Source: an uncultured Chloroflexia bacterium
GTDB taxonomy: Bacteria; Chloroflexota; Anaerolineae; JAAYZQ01
NCBI GenBank assembly: GCA_963700285.1
Contig: CAVOXA010000001.1
Location: 896,001 to 960,000 of the forward strand
DNA: 64,000 bases
Direction of reading: 5' to 3'
The position numbers and the translations under genes were made by a program. A model generated the notes under the pieces. It ran no database searches and was not told where the DNA came from. It saw nothing but the letters and a program-made list of their open reading frames with translations. This document shows positions 9,482 through 22,374 of this stretch, in pieces (position 1 is the first letter of the stretch; each line of letters opens with the position of its first letter).

Positions 9482-10507
9482 ATGAAGATTCTCGTAACCG
9501 GCGGGGCTGGCTACATCGGATCCAATCTGGCGGCCGCCTTGATTGCGGGGGATCATGACGTCTTTGTCATCGATAACCTGTCCACTGGCAAGATCGCGAA
9601 TATCCAGCACCTGCTGGACCACGAGCGGTTCCATTTTGTCAATGATACGATCCTGAATGATGCACTGATTGATCGCATCGTTGCCCAGGTTGACCAGATC
9701 TATCACCTGGCAGCAGTAGTCGGTGTCAAGTATGTGCTCGATGACCCCTTGCATGGCATCTATACCAACGTCAAAGGCACAGAAGTCGTGTTGGAGAAGG
9801 CCTACAAGTATTGGCGGCGCACCGTCATTGCTTCCAGCTCTGAAGTCTATGGCAAGAGTGCGGCTGTGCCGCTTTGCGAGGATTCTGATCGACTGCTGGG
9901 AGCGACGACCGTGGCTCGATGGTCCTATGCCATGGCCAAGGCCATCGACGAGCATTTTGCCTTTGCCTATGCCGACAAGGGTCTGCCTGTCTCGGTGGTG
10001 CGCTATTTCAACTCCTACGGCCCGCGCTTGGATCCCAAGGGCTATGGCAGTGTCATCGCCAAGTTTGTCACCCAGGCCCGTCTTGGTCAGCCGATCACGG
10101 TCTTTGATGACGGCCAACAGACGCGCTGTTTTACGTACGTGGATGATACGGTGCGCGGCACCATCCTGGCAGGTACTGTCTCCGCTGCAGCGGGGAAGGT
10201 GTTCAACATCGGTTCCAGCCGGGAGATCAAAGTCGTGGACCTTGCACGGATGATCCGGGAGTTGGTAGCTTCAGACTCTGAAATCATTCTGCAGCCCTAT
10301 CGAAACGTGTTCGGCGAGAATTTTGAGGAGACGAGACGCCGGGTGCCCGATGTCCGGCAGGCTGAGGCAACGCTAGGTTTTCGCGCAGAGACCCCCCTCG
10401 AGGAAGGGTTAAAGAAAACAATCTCCTGGTTTCGGGACGCTTGGCCCCACGAGAGGTTAGACCCTGGATGCTCTAACCTGGCAGGTTTTTTTGATCTCAG
10501 CAAATGA
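9482..10507 (+). CDS. NAD-dependent sugar epimerase/dehydratase
   Basis: GGAGYIG Rossmann motif, HLAAVVGV, SSSEVYGK, WSYAMAK (YxxxK), RYFNSYGPR. Confidence 0.9.
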   Translation: MKILVTGGAGYIGSNLAAALIAGDHDVFVIDNLSTGKIANIQHLLDHERFHFVNDTILNDALIDRIVAQVDQIYHLAAVVGVKYVLDDPLHGIYTNVKGTEVVLEKAYKYWRRTVIASSSEVYGKSAAVPLCEDSDRLLGATTVARWSYAMAKAIDEHFAFAYADKGLPVSVVRYFNSYGPRLDPKGYGSVIAKFVTQARLGQPITVFDDGQQTRCFTYVDDTVRGTILAGTVSAAAGKVFNIGSSREIKVVDLARMIRELVASDSEIILQPYRNVFGENFEETRRRVPDVRQAEATLGFRAETPLEEGLKKTISWFRDAWPHERLDPGCSNLAGFFDLSK

Positions 10508-10580
10508 CATTGGAGAGTGGCAGCGTCTTGCTCGTTGTCTTGGGGCGTCCAACCCAAGGCAGGAGTAAGACCAGGCGCTG

Positions 10581-13500
10581 ATGCGAACGAGACTGAGCGT
10601 CTTCTGTGACAAGATCATTGAGGCAGGTTGGCTGGCGGCTGTGATCGTTGTGCCGCTCTTTTTCAACATCTATTCCCAACGTGTTTTTGAGCCGGACAAG
10701 CTCTCCCTGCTTGCGCTCCATTGCTCTTGTCATGAGTGTCGCTTGGGTGATCCGCGAGATCGAGGACTGGCGCGCCAACCAGGGCGAGGGGGATGGCCAG
10801 GGCCCCCGGGTTCCCTTTTGGCAGCGGGTAGGTGAGACCCCCCTGGTGTTGCCCACGCTTTTCCTGGTTCTTGTCTACCTGATTAGTACGGCGACCTCCG
10901 TGGTTCCGTGGGTCAGCTTCTGGGGTTCGTACCAGCGCTTGCAGGGCACCTATACCACGTTGTCGTACATCGTCATATTTTTCCTGGTCCTGCAGGGACT
11001 GCGGACCAAGAGACAGCTCAACCGGCTCATCACGGTCATGGTCCTGGTCAGCTTTCCGATTGCCCTCTATGCCTTGATCCAGCACTTTGGCCTGGATCCA
11101 TTGCCTTGGGGGGAAACGTCACCACTCGCGTCGCGGCCAACATGGGCAACGCCATCTTTGTGGCCGCCTATCTGATCATGGTTGTACCCTTGACTCTTTC
11201 GAGGTTGCTTCGAGAATTGGAAGGAGACTGTGGGGTACTTGGATACTCGGGATGGCGTTCTGGGACTGGTGGCCTTTGTCCTTCTGGCGGGCGCCCTGCT
11301 GGTGGGGATGCTCTGGCCTGTTGAGGGAGGCGGCCCCTGGTTGCGCTGGGCAGCCTTGCTGATCGGGATCGGCCTGCAGGCGCCGATCTATCTTCTTAGC
11401 CCGGAAGAGCGGCGCCCTCGCGTGCTGGCCATCTCCCTTCCCCTGACCTTTGCTTTCCTGGTTGGCTTTTCCTGGATTCTCGAGATCTTTTTTCCCCCGG
11501 CCAGTCCCAACTTTTTCTGGCTGGGCCTGCTGGCTTCGGTCATTTTTGTGCTGGCCATGTTCGCCTTTGCCTTCTATCTGCGACAGGCCTGTCTCTCGGC
11601 TGCTGCTCTTGGCTGGCTATTCTGTGATCCTCATTGCCCAGATCGTTGCCATCTTTTACACGCAGAGCCGAGGCCCACTGCTAGGTCTTCTGGCTGGCCT
11701 GTTCTTTTACCTGGCCCTGTTGGGCTTGGTCAAGCGGACGTGTATGGCTTCCATGGCTGATGAGCGCTCTGGCTGTTGTGGTGCTTGTCTTCCTGGTGAT
11801 GTTCAACACCGTCGAATCTCCGGTCATGGAGATCCTGCGCGAAGTGCCCTACGTTGGGCGTCTGGGCAAGGTCCTGCAGACCGAGACCGGAACCGGCAAG
11901 GTCCGTGTACTGATCTGGGAGGGTGCCGTCGAAATGATCGGCTGGCACACCCCTCTGGAGTACCGTGGGGGAGGAAGGCGGTCCAGATCCCTTCAATCTG
12001 CTGCGCCCTATCATCGGCTACGGCCCTGAGTCGATGTACGTGGCCTACAACCGTTTCTATCCGCCTGACCTGGCTCACTTTGAGAGGCGCAACGCCTCTC
12101 CTGACCGGTCGCACAACGAGACCTTTGACGCGCTGGTCATTACCGGGGCATTGGGCTTTGTCGTCTATATGCTGGCTATTCATCAGCGTGTTCTACTATG
12201 GCCTCAAGTGGCTGGGGCTGATCCGGGAACGCTGGCAGCATCTAGGTTTCGTGGGGTTGTTGGTTGGGGGAGCCATCGCTGGGGGCTACTGGCCTGGACC
12301 TGGCGCGGTCCACCCTACGTGGGCCTGGGCATTGCCGCTAGGTACGGTCGGCGGGTTGGCCGTCTATGTCTTTATTGTCCTCGTCATCGCGACACTCGGT
12401 CCGCGGGGGAAACAAGATCGGTTGCAAGCGCCTTTGAGTGGAGCCTCTACCTTGGGAATGCTCGCATTGTTGTCGGCAGTACTCGCGCATTTCGTCGAGA
12501 TCAACTTTGGGATCGCCATCGCCGCGACCCGTACCTATTTCTGGGTCTTTGCGGCCTCGATGGTCGTCATCGGGACGCGCCTGGCAGTGGAGCCCGCGAC
12601 CCAAAAAGATGTGGAAAAGGCGACGGCAACTATTTCTGAGCTTTCTGGTCAGGTCAGCGAGCATTCCACGCAACGGGATCAGCGGGAGCGCCGGCGGCGC
12701 AAGGGAGCTGATCCCGAGCGGCAGGCACCGCGAGCAGGCAATCCAGACTGGCTCGGCGAGATCCTGGTACTGGGTGTGGTTTCCATTCTGATCCTCGGCA
12801 CGATGATCTTTGACTATGTCACGGTTCAGGCCGGGAATCCGGGGACGCTGGTCACCATCTGGGACTCTCTTACGCGGGCCGCGGGAGAATCATCGCCTGC
12901 CATCCTGGTGTTAATGCTCGTCACTTGGGCCATGATCGCCCTGATTGGCCTGAGCGAGCTGGCCACACGGCCAGAGTCGGAAGGCAGAAAGCCGGCTGCT
13001 TGGCTGGCTGCGGCAGGTATCCTGGGCTTCGTCTCCCTTGGATGCGTGTTCATCTTTGCCCTATTGCACGCGCTGCAACTCAAGCCGGTGACCATCACGG
13101 CTATTGATGAGCCCAACCCTTTGGCCAATACCATCACCTTCTACTACTTCTTTGTGATGCTGGCGATCCTGGCTCTCGCTTTGGTGCTCACCAGCCTTTT
13201 CCAGCGTCGAATCAGAGCGTGGCGTTGGACCCGGTCGCCTGGGGATGTGGCTGTCATCGCCACAGCTGTGGCGCTGCCCCTGCTGGTTGTGGCTCTGATT
13301 TTGACTACCAACGTCAATGTTGTCCGCGCTGATGTCCTGCACAAGCAGGGACTAAGCTCCGAAAGGGCCAAGTTGTGGGACGGGGCGATCTTTTTTTACG
13401 ATCAGTCCCTCGCCCTGGCCGAGAAGCAAGATCACTACTATCTTTTTCTGGGCAAAGCGTACATGGAAAAGGGCCAAGCCGCCCAGGGGGCAGAGCAGCA

Positions 13501-15205
13501 GGCATTGCTGCAGGAGAGCGAGCGTGCCCTGCTCAAGGCGCGTGAGATAGCTCCTCTCAATACCGATCACTCGGCCAACCTGGCCAGATTACATAGCGCC
13601 TGGGCGCGGTTGACCCAGGGCGAGGAGCGAGCTGACCATCTCAGCAAGGCTGTTGGCTACTACGCCGATGCCACCAGGCTTAGTCCAAATAGCGCCCAGC
13701 TCTTTAACGAATGGGCGCAAACCTACCATGTTCTGGGGGATCTGGACCGGGCTGAAGAGATATACGGCAGATCCTTGATCCTGGACGATGAGTTTGAGAA
13801 AACCTACGTGTATTTGGCCGACCTATACGAGGCGCAGGGGAAAGAAGACGAGGCCATCAATGCCTATGAGCGAGCCATAGAAATCAAACCAGAGTCGCTG
13901 CAGGCCTATCTGCTTTTGGCTCAATTATATATAAAGTCAGAAATGTGGAACGAGGCGGCGCAGATTTACCAGCGTGCCATCGAAGTCAATCCCGGGGCAG
14001 CGGATGCCTACAGTGGACTGGGCTATGTCTATTCTCAGGTGGGAGACCTGGAGCCGGCGCTGGCAGCCTATCTGGCTGCTGTGGAACTCCGTCCCAGGAG
14101 TTTCAACGAGCGGAAGAACCTGGCCATTCTCTATCAACAGATGGGGCGGACGGACGATGCTGTCCGCGAAGGGACTCGAGCCCTGGACCTGGCACCTGCC
14201 GATCAAATACCCGCCATAGAGGGTTTTCTAGCCCAACTGGGAGCCCTGAATTTCAAGGCTTCAGCAGAGGACAGCAAAGAGGTCCAGCAGCTCATTGCGC
14301 AGGGCAGTATCCAGATGGGCGCCGAAGATTGGGACTCCGCCGAAGAGACTTTTGAGGCGGTTTTGGATCTTGCCCCAGATAGCTCCTATGGTCATAGCGC
14401 GCTGGCATACGTATATGCCAAGCAGGGCCGGCTGGATGAGGCAATCGCTGAGAACGAGGTGGTCGCCGGGCTCATGCCTGACGACTACAATAGCTTCAAG
14501 AATTTGGCACTTCTCTACGAACAGAGAGGGGATGTGGAGAGCGCGATTGGGGCAACCGAAAGGGCACTGCTGCTCGCCCCGGAAAACGAAGTGCAGGCCC
14601 TCCAGATCTTTTTGCAGCAGCTCAGACAGCAGAAAAGTCCACTGCCAGCAAGGGAGGAGGATCGACGTGCTGGCGATATGCTGCCGGTTGAGCGTAATTT
14701 CATGTATGCTTCACCGCCGCCGGTGATCATCGAGCCCAACAAATCGTACCAGGCAACCATTGTGACTGAAAAGGGCGACATCGTGCTGGAACTGTATGCC
14801 AGCCGGGTGCCTAAGACCGTCAACAACTTTGTCTTTCTGGCCCGCGAGGGATTCTACGATGGCACAACCTTTCACCGGGTCATTCCTGGCTTTATGGCCC
14901 AGGCGGGTGACCCGACGGGAACCGGCACAGGGGGACCTGGGTACGCCTTTGCCGACGAGTTTGATGCTACGCTGCGCCACGATGGGCCGGGTGTGGTCTC
15001 GATGGCCAATGCCGGTCCTGACACCAATGGTAGCCAGTTCTTTGTTACCTTTGCGGATGCACCATGGCTGGACGATATACACGCGGTGTTTGGGCGGGTG
15101 ATCGAAGGCCTGGACGTGCTGGAATCCTTGACCCCGCGCGATCCCCAGCAGAACCCTGCTTTCGCGGGCGACAGGATCAGGACGATCATTATTCAGGAGG
15201 AGTAA
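10581..15205 (+). CDS. O-antigen-ligase (Wzy_C)-like polytopic membrane protein + multiple TPRs + C-terminal cyclophilin PPIase; several frameshifts in the 5' third
   Basis: Consecutive in-register pieces (10581, 10648, 10908, 11230, 11450, 11760, 11965) give [35 protein letters not shown] and RSHNETFD. From about 12320 there is one continuous frame with TM helices, about 12 TPR-like repeats and [15 protein letters not shown]...[15 protein letters not shown]...VFGRV. Confidence 0.8.
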
Positions 15206-15346
15206 CGATCTGGTCTATTCTCTGTTTGGTGCGCAAAGCTGTCCTCTTTTTCCGCCAGGGCGGTCGCTACGTATCATCTCCGTCCAAGGCCGCATCGGAA
15301 GGATGGCGAGTCTGGCTGTGACACAGGGGAATGGCCGGGAAAGATC

Positions 15347-16372
15347 ATGACCACCACTTTCATGCTTATCTTTGCCAGCGCGCTGGTGTTGGCCATCGGC
15401 GGTACGCCGGTGGTCCGCCGGGTCGCGCTGCGCCTGGGTGTCATCGACCGAGCCCAATGCGCGCAAAATCCACGTCGATCCCATCCCTCTGCTGGGTGGG
15501 GTGGCCATCTATGGCGCTCTTTATCGCGCTACTGCTATTTGGCAACCGATTTCGTCTGAACGAATTGATCGGCATCCTGGTCGGCGCCAGCCTGATGTCG
15601 TTCCTGGGCGTGTGGGATGACCGGCGCAGTCTGAGCCCGCTCCTCAAGCTGGCTGGGCAGTTCCTGGCGGCCTCGATCCTGGTGCTCACCGGGGTGCGCA
15701 TCGGCACCTTCCCCTGGGAGACCGTGAACATCATCGTCACCCTGGGCTGGGTGGTGGTCATCACCAACGCCATGAACCTGCTGGACAATATGGATGGCCT
15801 GTCGGGCGGCGTCGGTGCCGTGGCCGCCATCTTTTTCCTGCTGCTGGCAGCCATGAACGGCCAGTACCTGGTCGGCGCGCTGTCGGCCGCACTGGTGGGC
15901 GCTTGCCTGGGTTTTCTGGTCTACAACTTTAATCCGGCCAGCATCTTTATGGGCGACGCCGGCAGCCTGTTTCTGGGATTCATGCTGGCTGCGGTGGGCA
16001 TCAAGCTCCGCTTTCCGGAGGGCGTCGAGATCGTGACCTGGATGGTGCCGGTTCTGATCCTGGGCTTGCCCCTGTTCGATACCACACTGGTGATCCTCTC
16101 CCGCCTGCGGCGCGGCCTGAACCCCCTGACCACGCCGGGCAAGGACCACGTCTCGCACCGGCTGGTGGCCATGGGCTACACCCGCCGCGAGGCGGTGCTC
16201 ATCTGCTATCTCATCTGTGCCGGCCTGGGCGTGATCGCCCTCTTTGTCACCCAGGCCAGCATCGTCGAAGGCTATGTCGTCGGTGGCGTCGTGGCCCTGG
16301 CTGCCCTGTGGGGTCTGTGGCGACTGGAGCGAGTGGACTTCCCGGGCAAGGAGGTGCGAGGCAACTTTCTGA
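15347..16372 (+). CDS. Undecaprenyl-phosphate GlcNAc-1-phosphate transferase (WecA/TagO, MraY-like); frameshifted near the 5' end, 3' end approximate
   Basis: [51 protein letters not shown]. Confidence 0.85.
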
Positions 16373-16396
16373 ACGGGAGAAAGGTCACACTGATGG

Positions 16397-17750
16397 ATGA
16401 CACTGGCCACCAAAATCGCCGAGAAATCGGCCCGGGTGGCCGTCATCGGCCTGGGCTACGTGGGCCTGCCGCTGGCCGTCGGCTTTGCCAAGGCCGGGTA
16501 TCCGGTCGTTGGGCCTGGATGTGGACGAGCGCAAGCTGGCCGCCCTGAACGAGGGTACGCAGCTACATCCAGGACGTGGAGACCGCCGACGTGGCGGCCG
16601 TGGTCCACGCCGGCCGGTTCTCTGCCAGCAACGACTATGACCTGCTGCGCGACGCCGACGCCATCTTTATCTGCGTGCCGACGCCCTTCGACGCCATGAA
16701 GGCGCCCGACCTGGTCTTATGTCGAGCAGGCGGCGCGGGGCATCGCCCCCCGCTTGCAGCCCGGCCAGTTGATCATCCTGCAGAGCACCACCTATCCCGG
16801 CACGACCGAGGAGTTTGTGCTGCCCATCCTCGAGGAATCGGGCTTGCAGGCGGGCGAGGACTTTTACCTGGCCTTCTCGCCAGAGCGGATCAACCCCGGC
16901 GACCAGCAGTTCACCGTCGAGAACACGCCCAAGGTCGTGGGCGGCCTGACGCCGCGCTGCACCGAGCTGGCCCGTCTTCTGCTGGCCCAACTCTTTGCCC
17001 ACGTCCACGTCGTCTCCTCGCCCGCGCGCCGCCGAGATGTCCAAGCTGCTGGAGAACATCTTTCGCAGCGTCAACATTGCCCTGGTCAACGAGCTGGCCC
17101 TGCTCTCCGAGCGGATGGACATCGACCTGTGGGAGGTGATCGAGGCGGCCAAGACCAAGCCCTTTGGCTTCATGCCCTTCTACCCGGGTCCTGGCGTGGG
17201 CGGCCACTGCATCCCCGTGGATCCCTACTATCTGAGCTGGAAGGCCCGCGAGTACGACTTTTATACCAAGTTCATCGAGCTGGCCGCCGAGGTGAACCAG
17301 GCCATGCCCTACCACGTCGTCGACCTGGTGGCCCAGGCGCTGAGCCAGCAGGGCAAACCGCTGGATGGAGCGCGGGTGCTGATCCTGGGCGTGGCCTTCA
17401 AGCGCGACATCGACGATGCCCGCAACTCGCCGGCGGAGCGGATCATCGAGCTGCTGCTCAAGCGCGGGGCCGAGGTCAGCTACAGCGACCCCTACGTGCC
17501 GCGCTATCGCGTCGGCCGGGACGTCTTTTACCGCGGAGGAGCGCTGGCTGGAGAGCGTGGATCTGACGGACGAGGTTCTCGTGGCCTGCCGACTGCGTCG
17601 TCATCGTCGCCGGGCACCAGGTCATGGACTATGCCCGGGTGCTCCGCCACGCCTCCGTGGTCGTGGACACGTGCAACGCCACCACGGGGCCTGGGCGGCG
17701 CCGCGCGTGTGGTCCGCGTCGGCGCTCCCTTGCCAGAACGCACGAACTGA
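16397..17750 (+). CDS. Nucleotide-sugar dehydrogenase (UDP-GlcNAc/ManNAc 6-dehydrogenase family), frameshifted
   Basis: [69 protein letters not shown], spread over several frames. Confidence 0.9.
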
Positions 17751-18338
17751 TGACCGAAACCCAGCCGCCCGAATCCTCACCCAAGACCTCATCCTTCTGG
17801 ACGGCGACAGTTCTTTCGCGTCCTGGTCATCCTCGCTGGTGCTGGGTATCAGCGTCGCCATTTTTGCCTTCCGCGACCGCTTTGCCGAACTGGCAGCCAT
17901 CGGCTATCCGGGCATCTTTCTGGTGAGCCTGCTGGGCAACGCCACCATCATCCTGCCTGCACCCAGCCTGGCTCTTGGTCTTTGCCATGGGCAGCGCCCT
18001 GCCGCCGCTGCTGGTCGGCCTGGCGGCCGGCGTCGGCGAGGCACTGGGCGAACTGACCGGCTACGCTGCAGGCTTTGGCGGGCGGGCCGTCATCGAGGAC
18101 TATCAAGATGTACCAGCGCCTGGTGGCCTGGATGGAGCGGCGGGGGGGCATCACGATCTTCGTGCTGTCCGTGATCCCCAACCCCTTCTTTGACCTGGCC
18201 GGCATCGCTGCCGGGACGCTGCGCTATCCCCTGTGGCGGTTTCTGCTCTTCTGCTGGCTGGGCAAGACGCTCAAGACGACGCTGGTGGCCTGGGCCGGCG
18301 CCAGTCCGTGTTCCCTCATCGAACAGTTGCTCCACTGA
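17750..18338 (+). CDS. VTT/DedA (SNARE-associated) membrane protein, frameshifted
   Basis: TGATG overlap with the upstream gene; LGNATIILPAP, GEALGELTGYAAG, IPNPFFDLAGIAAG. Confidence 0.8.
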
Positions 18339-18428
18339 GCCTGGCCCGTCATCGAGTCAGCCTTTGCCTCCTGGGCAGACCTGATCCATGGACCCCGGAA
18401 GCCCCGCGGGGTCTGTGACGCTTTCGAC

Positions 18429-19144
18429 CTAGATTTCGACGGTCTCCAGGGGACGCGTGGTGCCGACCAGCGATGCCCAGCTCCGCCTTGTGGATCGCCT
18501 GCGACAGCTTGCGCGGCGTGCCTCCGAAGGTCATCAGCGGCCCGAGCGTCATGCCGCTGTAGTGGGTCGGCACGACGACGCGCGGCTCGCCCAGGAGCCA
18601 GAGCGCCTGTGGCGCCTTTTGCGGGCCAATGTGGCCGAAGGGCATGCCCAGCGCTGTGCAGGTCGCCAATGGGCAGCAGCACGGCGTCCAGGTCCCAGCG
18701 CTGGCCAATCGTGCGAAAGAGGTTCGCGGTCCAGGGAGGTATCGCCGGCAAAATAGACGGTCCGGTCGCCCTCGACGACCAGGCCCAGCTCGCCGCCGGT
18801 GTGTTTGGCCGGCACGGCCGTCAGGCGAAGCCCTCTGAACTCGGCCGATTCCCAGGCCTCGCACGCCACGCAGCGCCTTCAAGCCCCAGCCGGGAGCCTT
18901 GTGCACCTTCTCGGCAGGCATCCACACCGGGGTGTCGGGCGGCAGCCGCTTCAGGACTGACGGCGCAAAGTGATCGACGTGGGTGTGGGAGATGAATACC
19001 AGGTCAGGCCGGGGCATCCGTTCGAAGGTGTAGGACTTGGGCGCCTGGTGGATGCCCAGCATACGAAAGACCGGGTCGGTGATGATCGTCAAGCCCCTGC
19101 GTCTCGATGATGGTCATCGACCAGCGGATGTAGGTCAGTTTCAT
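18429..19144 (-). CDS. MBL-fold metallo-hydrolase (UlaG/RomA-like), frameshifted
   Basis: [22 protein letters not shown] (HxHxDH), AVPAKH, YFAGDT, VPTHY; ends PLETVEI*. Confidence 0.8.
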
Positions 19145-19224
19145 AACTTTTCCTCCCCAGGAAGGACAGAAGATCCGAGCGATTCGGGTGGGCCTTGACC
19201 CACAGTTCCTGCCTGTCCGCCGTC

Positions 19225-20622
<1,398 letters not shown>

Positions 20623-20974
20623 TCACCTGCAAGAGTTGAGCAGCTCCACCGAGGCGGGGCCACTGCGGCATTATACTACAGGGTGGACGAAAACCGAAAG
20701 TGCCGGCCAGTCGCTGGATGCTGGTGCGTGTGCTGTGTCTTCTACAACCTACGTCGCCTCCACCTGGCCGCTGGCCCCAGCCTCACCTGAGTTTGACCGA
20801 ACCACTGCCCTCTATCTGGTGGTGCCACTCCCTGGTCGGTGCTGGTGGGCAAATACACCAAGTTGGTGTATACTACAGATGTAGCACGAGAAAAGGTCCA
20901 TGTTGATTTGCTGCCCTTTTTTGAGACTGGAGGTTCTTCCTCTCCACCAAGGGCGGATGCGAGGGTAACGAAAG

Positions 20975-22249
20975 ATGAACAATCAAGAGCATATCAGTGA
21001 AGCAGAGCATACACCCACTCAGGAAGGTGAGGACCGTCGTGTATGGGTCGTCATTGGTGTGCTGGCGGTTTTCCTGATCGCGTGTATCTGCGTCCTTGGC
21101 CTGGTCATATCCTACTTTTTATTCTCTGGTCAGGACAGTGCGACCCAGCCAGGGCCAGTTGAGCCGGCGCAGGTTTCTCTTGAACAGATCCAGAACATCA
21201 ACTGGCAGTGGGTTGAATTGACTGAAACCGAGCCCGCGGGCCAATCCCTTGTGCCCGAACCCTATGACTATACCCTGGTGTTCCTGCCCGGCGGTCAGTT
21301 TACTTTTAGGGCAGATTGCAACGTCGGCAGTGGCGTGTTCACCGTGGATGGCAGCACTATGGCCCTGCAGTTGGGGCCGGTCACCATGGCCGAGTGTGGG
21401 CCAGCGTCCATGTCCAACCAGTTCATGGGCCTGCTGGGTAGCGTGGCTACCTACGGAGTGGAGGGCGGCCGCCTGGCGCTTGGGCTGAAAGAGAACGTGG
21501 GCTTCATGATCTTTGACAACGGCGGCCCGGCCCAATCTGTTGGATCACCAGGGGCGGCAACCCCGACCCCCCAACTGGCGCAACCAACGGCGACGATGGG
21601 CGTTCTGCCACTGGCCATTCCTAGATTTCCCCCTGAAGCAGGGCTGGGTATGGAAGCGATGTTCGACGGCAGCCAGTCCCAGCCCGGCAGCAGTCCCATT
21701 GTTCGCTACTTGTGGGAGTTCGGCGACGGGACCAGTGTTGAGGGGGCGACAGTGACCCATGCTTACGCAGTGTCTGGTGTCTATGCGGTGACCCTGGCAG
21801 TGACGGCTGAAGATGGCCTTGGCAGCAGTGCGACGGGGCAGATTGTGATCACTGAGGGCCAGCCGCCGGTACCCACGCAGGCACCGGAAGCCGCACCGAC
21901 GACGGAACCTGCGAGTGGGCTGGTGGGTCTGACGTGGCGGTGGTCTGAACTCATCGAAGAGGGGGAGCCTTCCACCGTGGCAAACCCTCAGAATTATACG
22001 TTAAGGTTCGAGCCGGATCTCACCCTGCAGATCACAGCTGACTGCAATACTGGGGTTGGCACATACGCAGTGGATGGGGAACGCATCAGACTGGACTTGG
22101 GGGGCGTCTCGCAGGCTGAGTGCGGGCCAGATTCTCTTTCTGGACAGTACCTGGAGCTGCTGCAGACGGTCGACGAGTATGAATTGGATGAGGGATTGCT
22201 CCTTCTGTATCCTACGGAGGTCGCCGACCGCATGGTCTTTGCCCCCTAG
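20975..22249 (+). CDS. Membrane-anchored META-PKD-META domain protein
   Basis: N-terminal TM helix; two META repeats (ADCN.G.G...T.AECGP.S); central PKD (YLWEFGDG...HAY..SGVYAVTLAV); P/T/A-rich linkers. Confidence 0.8.
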   Translation: MNNQEHISEAEHTPTQEGEDRRVWVVIGVLAVFLIACICVLGLVISYFLFSGQDSATQPGPVEPAQVSLEQIQNINWQWVELTETEPAGQSLVPEPYDYTLVFLPGGQFTFRADCNVGSGVFTVDGSTMALQLGPVTMAECGPASMSNQFMGLLGSVATYGVEGGRLALGLKENVGFMIFDNGGPAQSVGSPGAATPTPQLAQPTATMGVLPLAIPRFPPEAGLGMEAMFDGSQSQPGSSPIVRYLWEFGDGTSVEGATVTHAYAVSGVYAVTLAVTAEDGLGSSATGQIVITEGQPPVPTQAPEAAPTTEPASGLVGLTWRWSELIEEGEPSTVANPQNYTLRFEPDLTLQITADCNTGVGTYAVDGERIRLDLGGVSQAECGPDSLSGQYLELLQTVDEYELDEGLLLLYPTEVADRMVFAP

Positions 22250-22374
22250 TTGCGCCACAGTGCCTTGACCGAGACTGACAGCCCGAGCCACCCGTCAAGG
22301 TGACAATGAGTTTGGATAGATTGCAGCCCAGGCGCGCGTACGTGAGATGGCTAGAGACTGCCGGCCCTCCCCAT

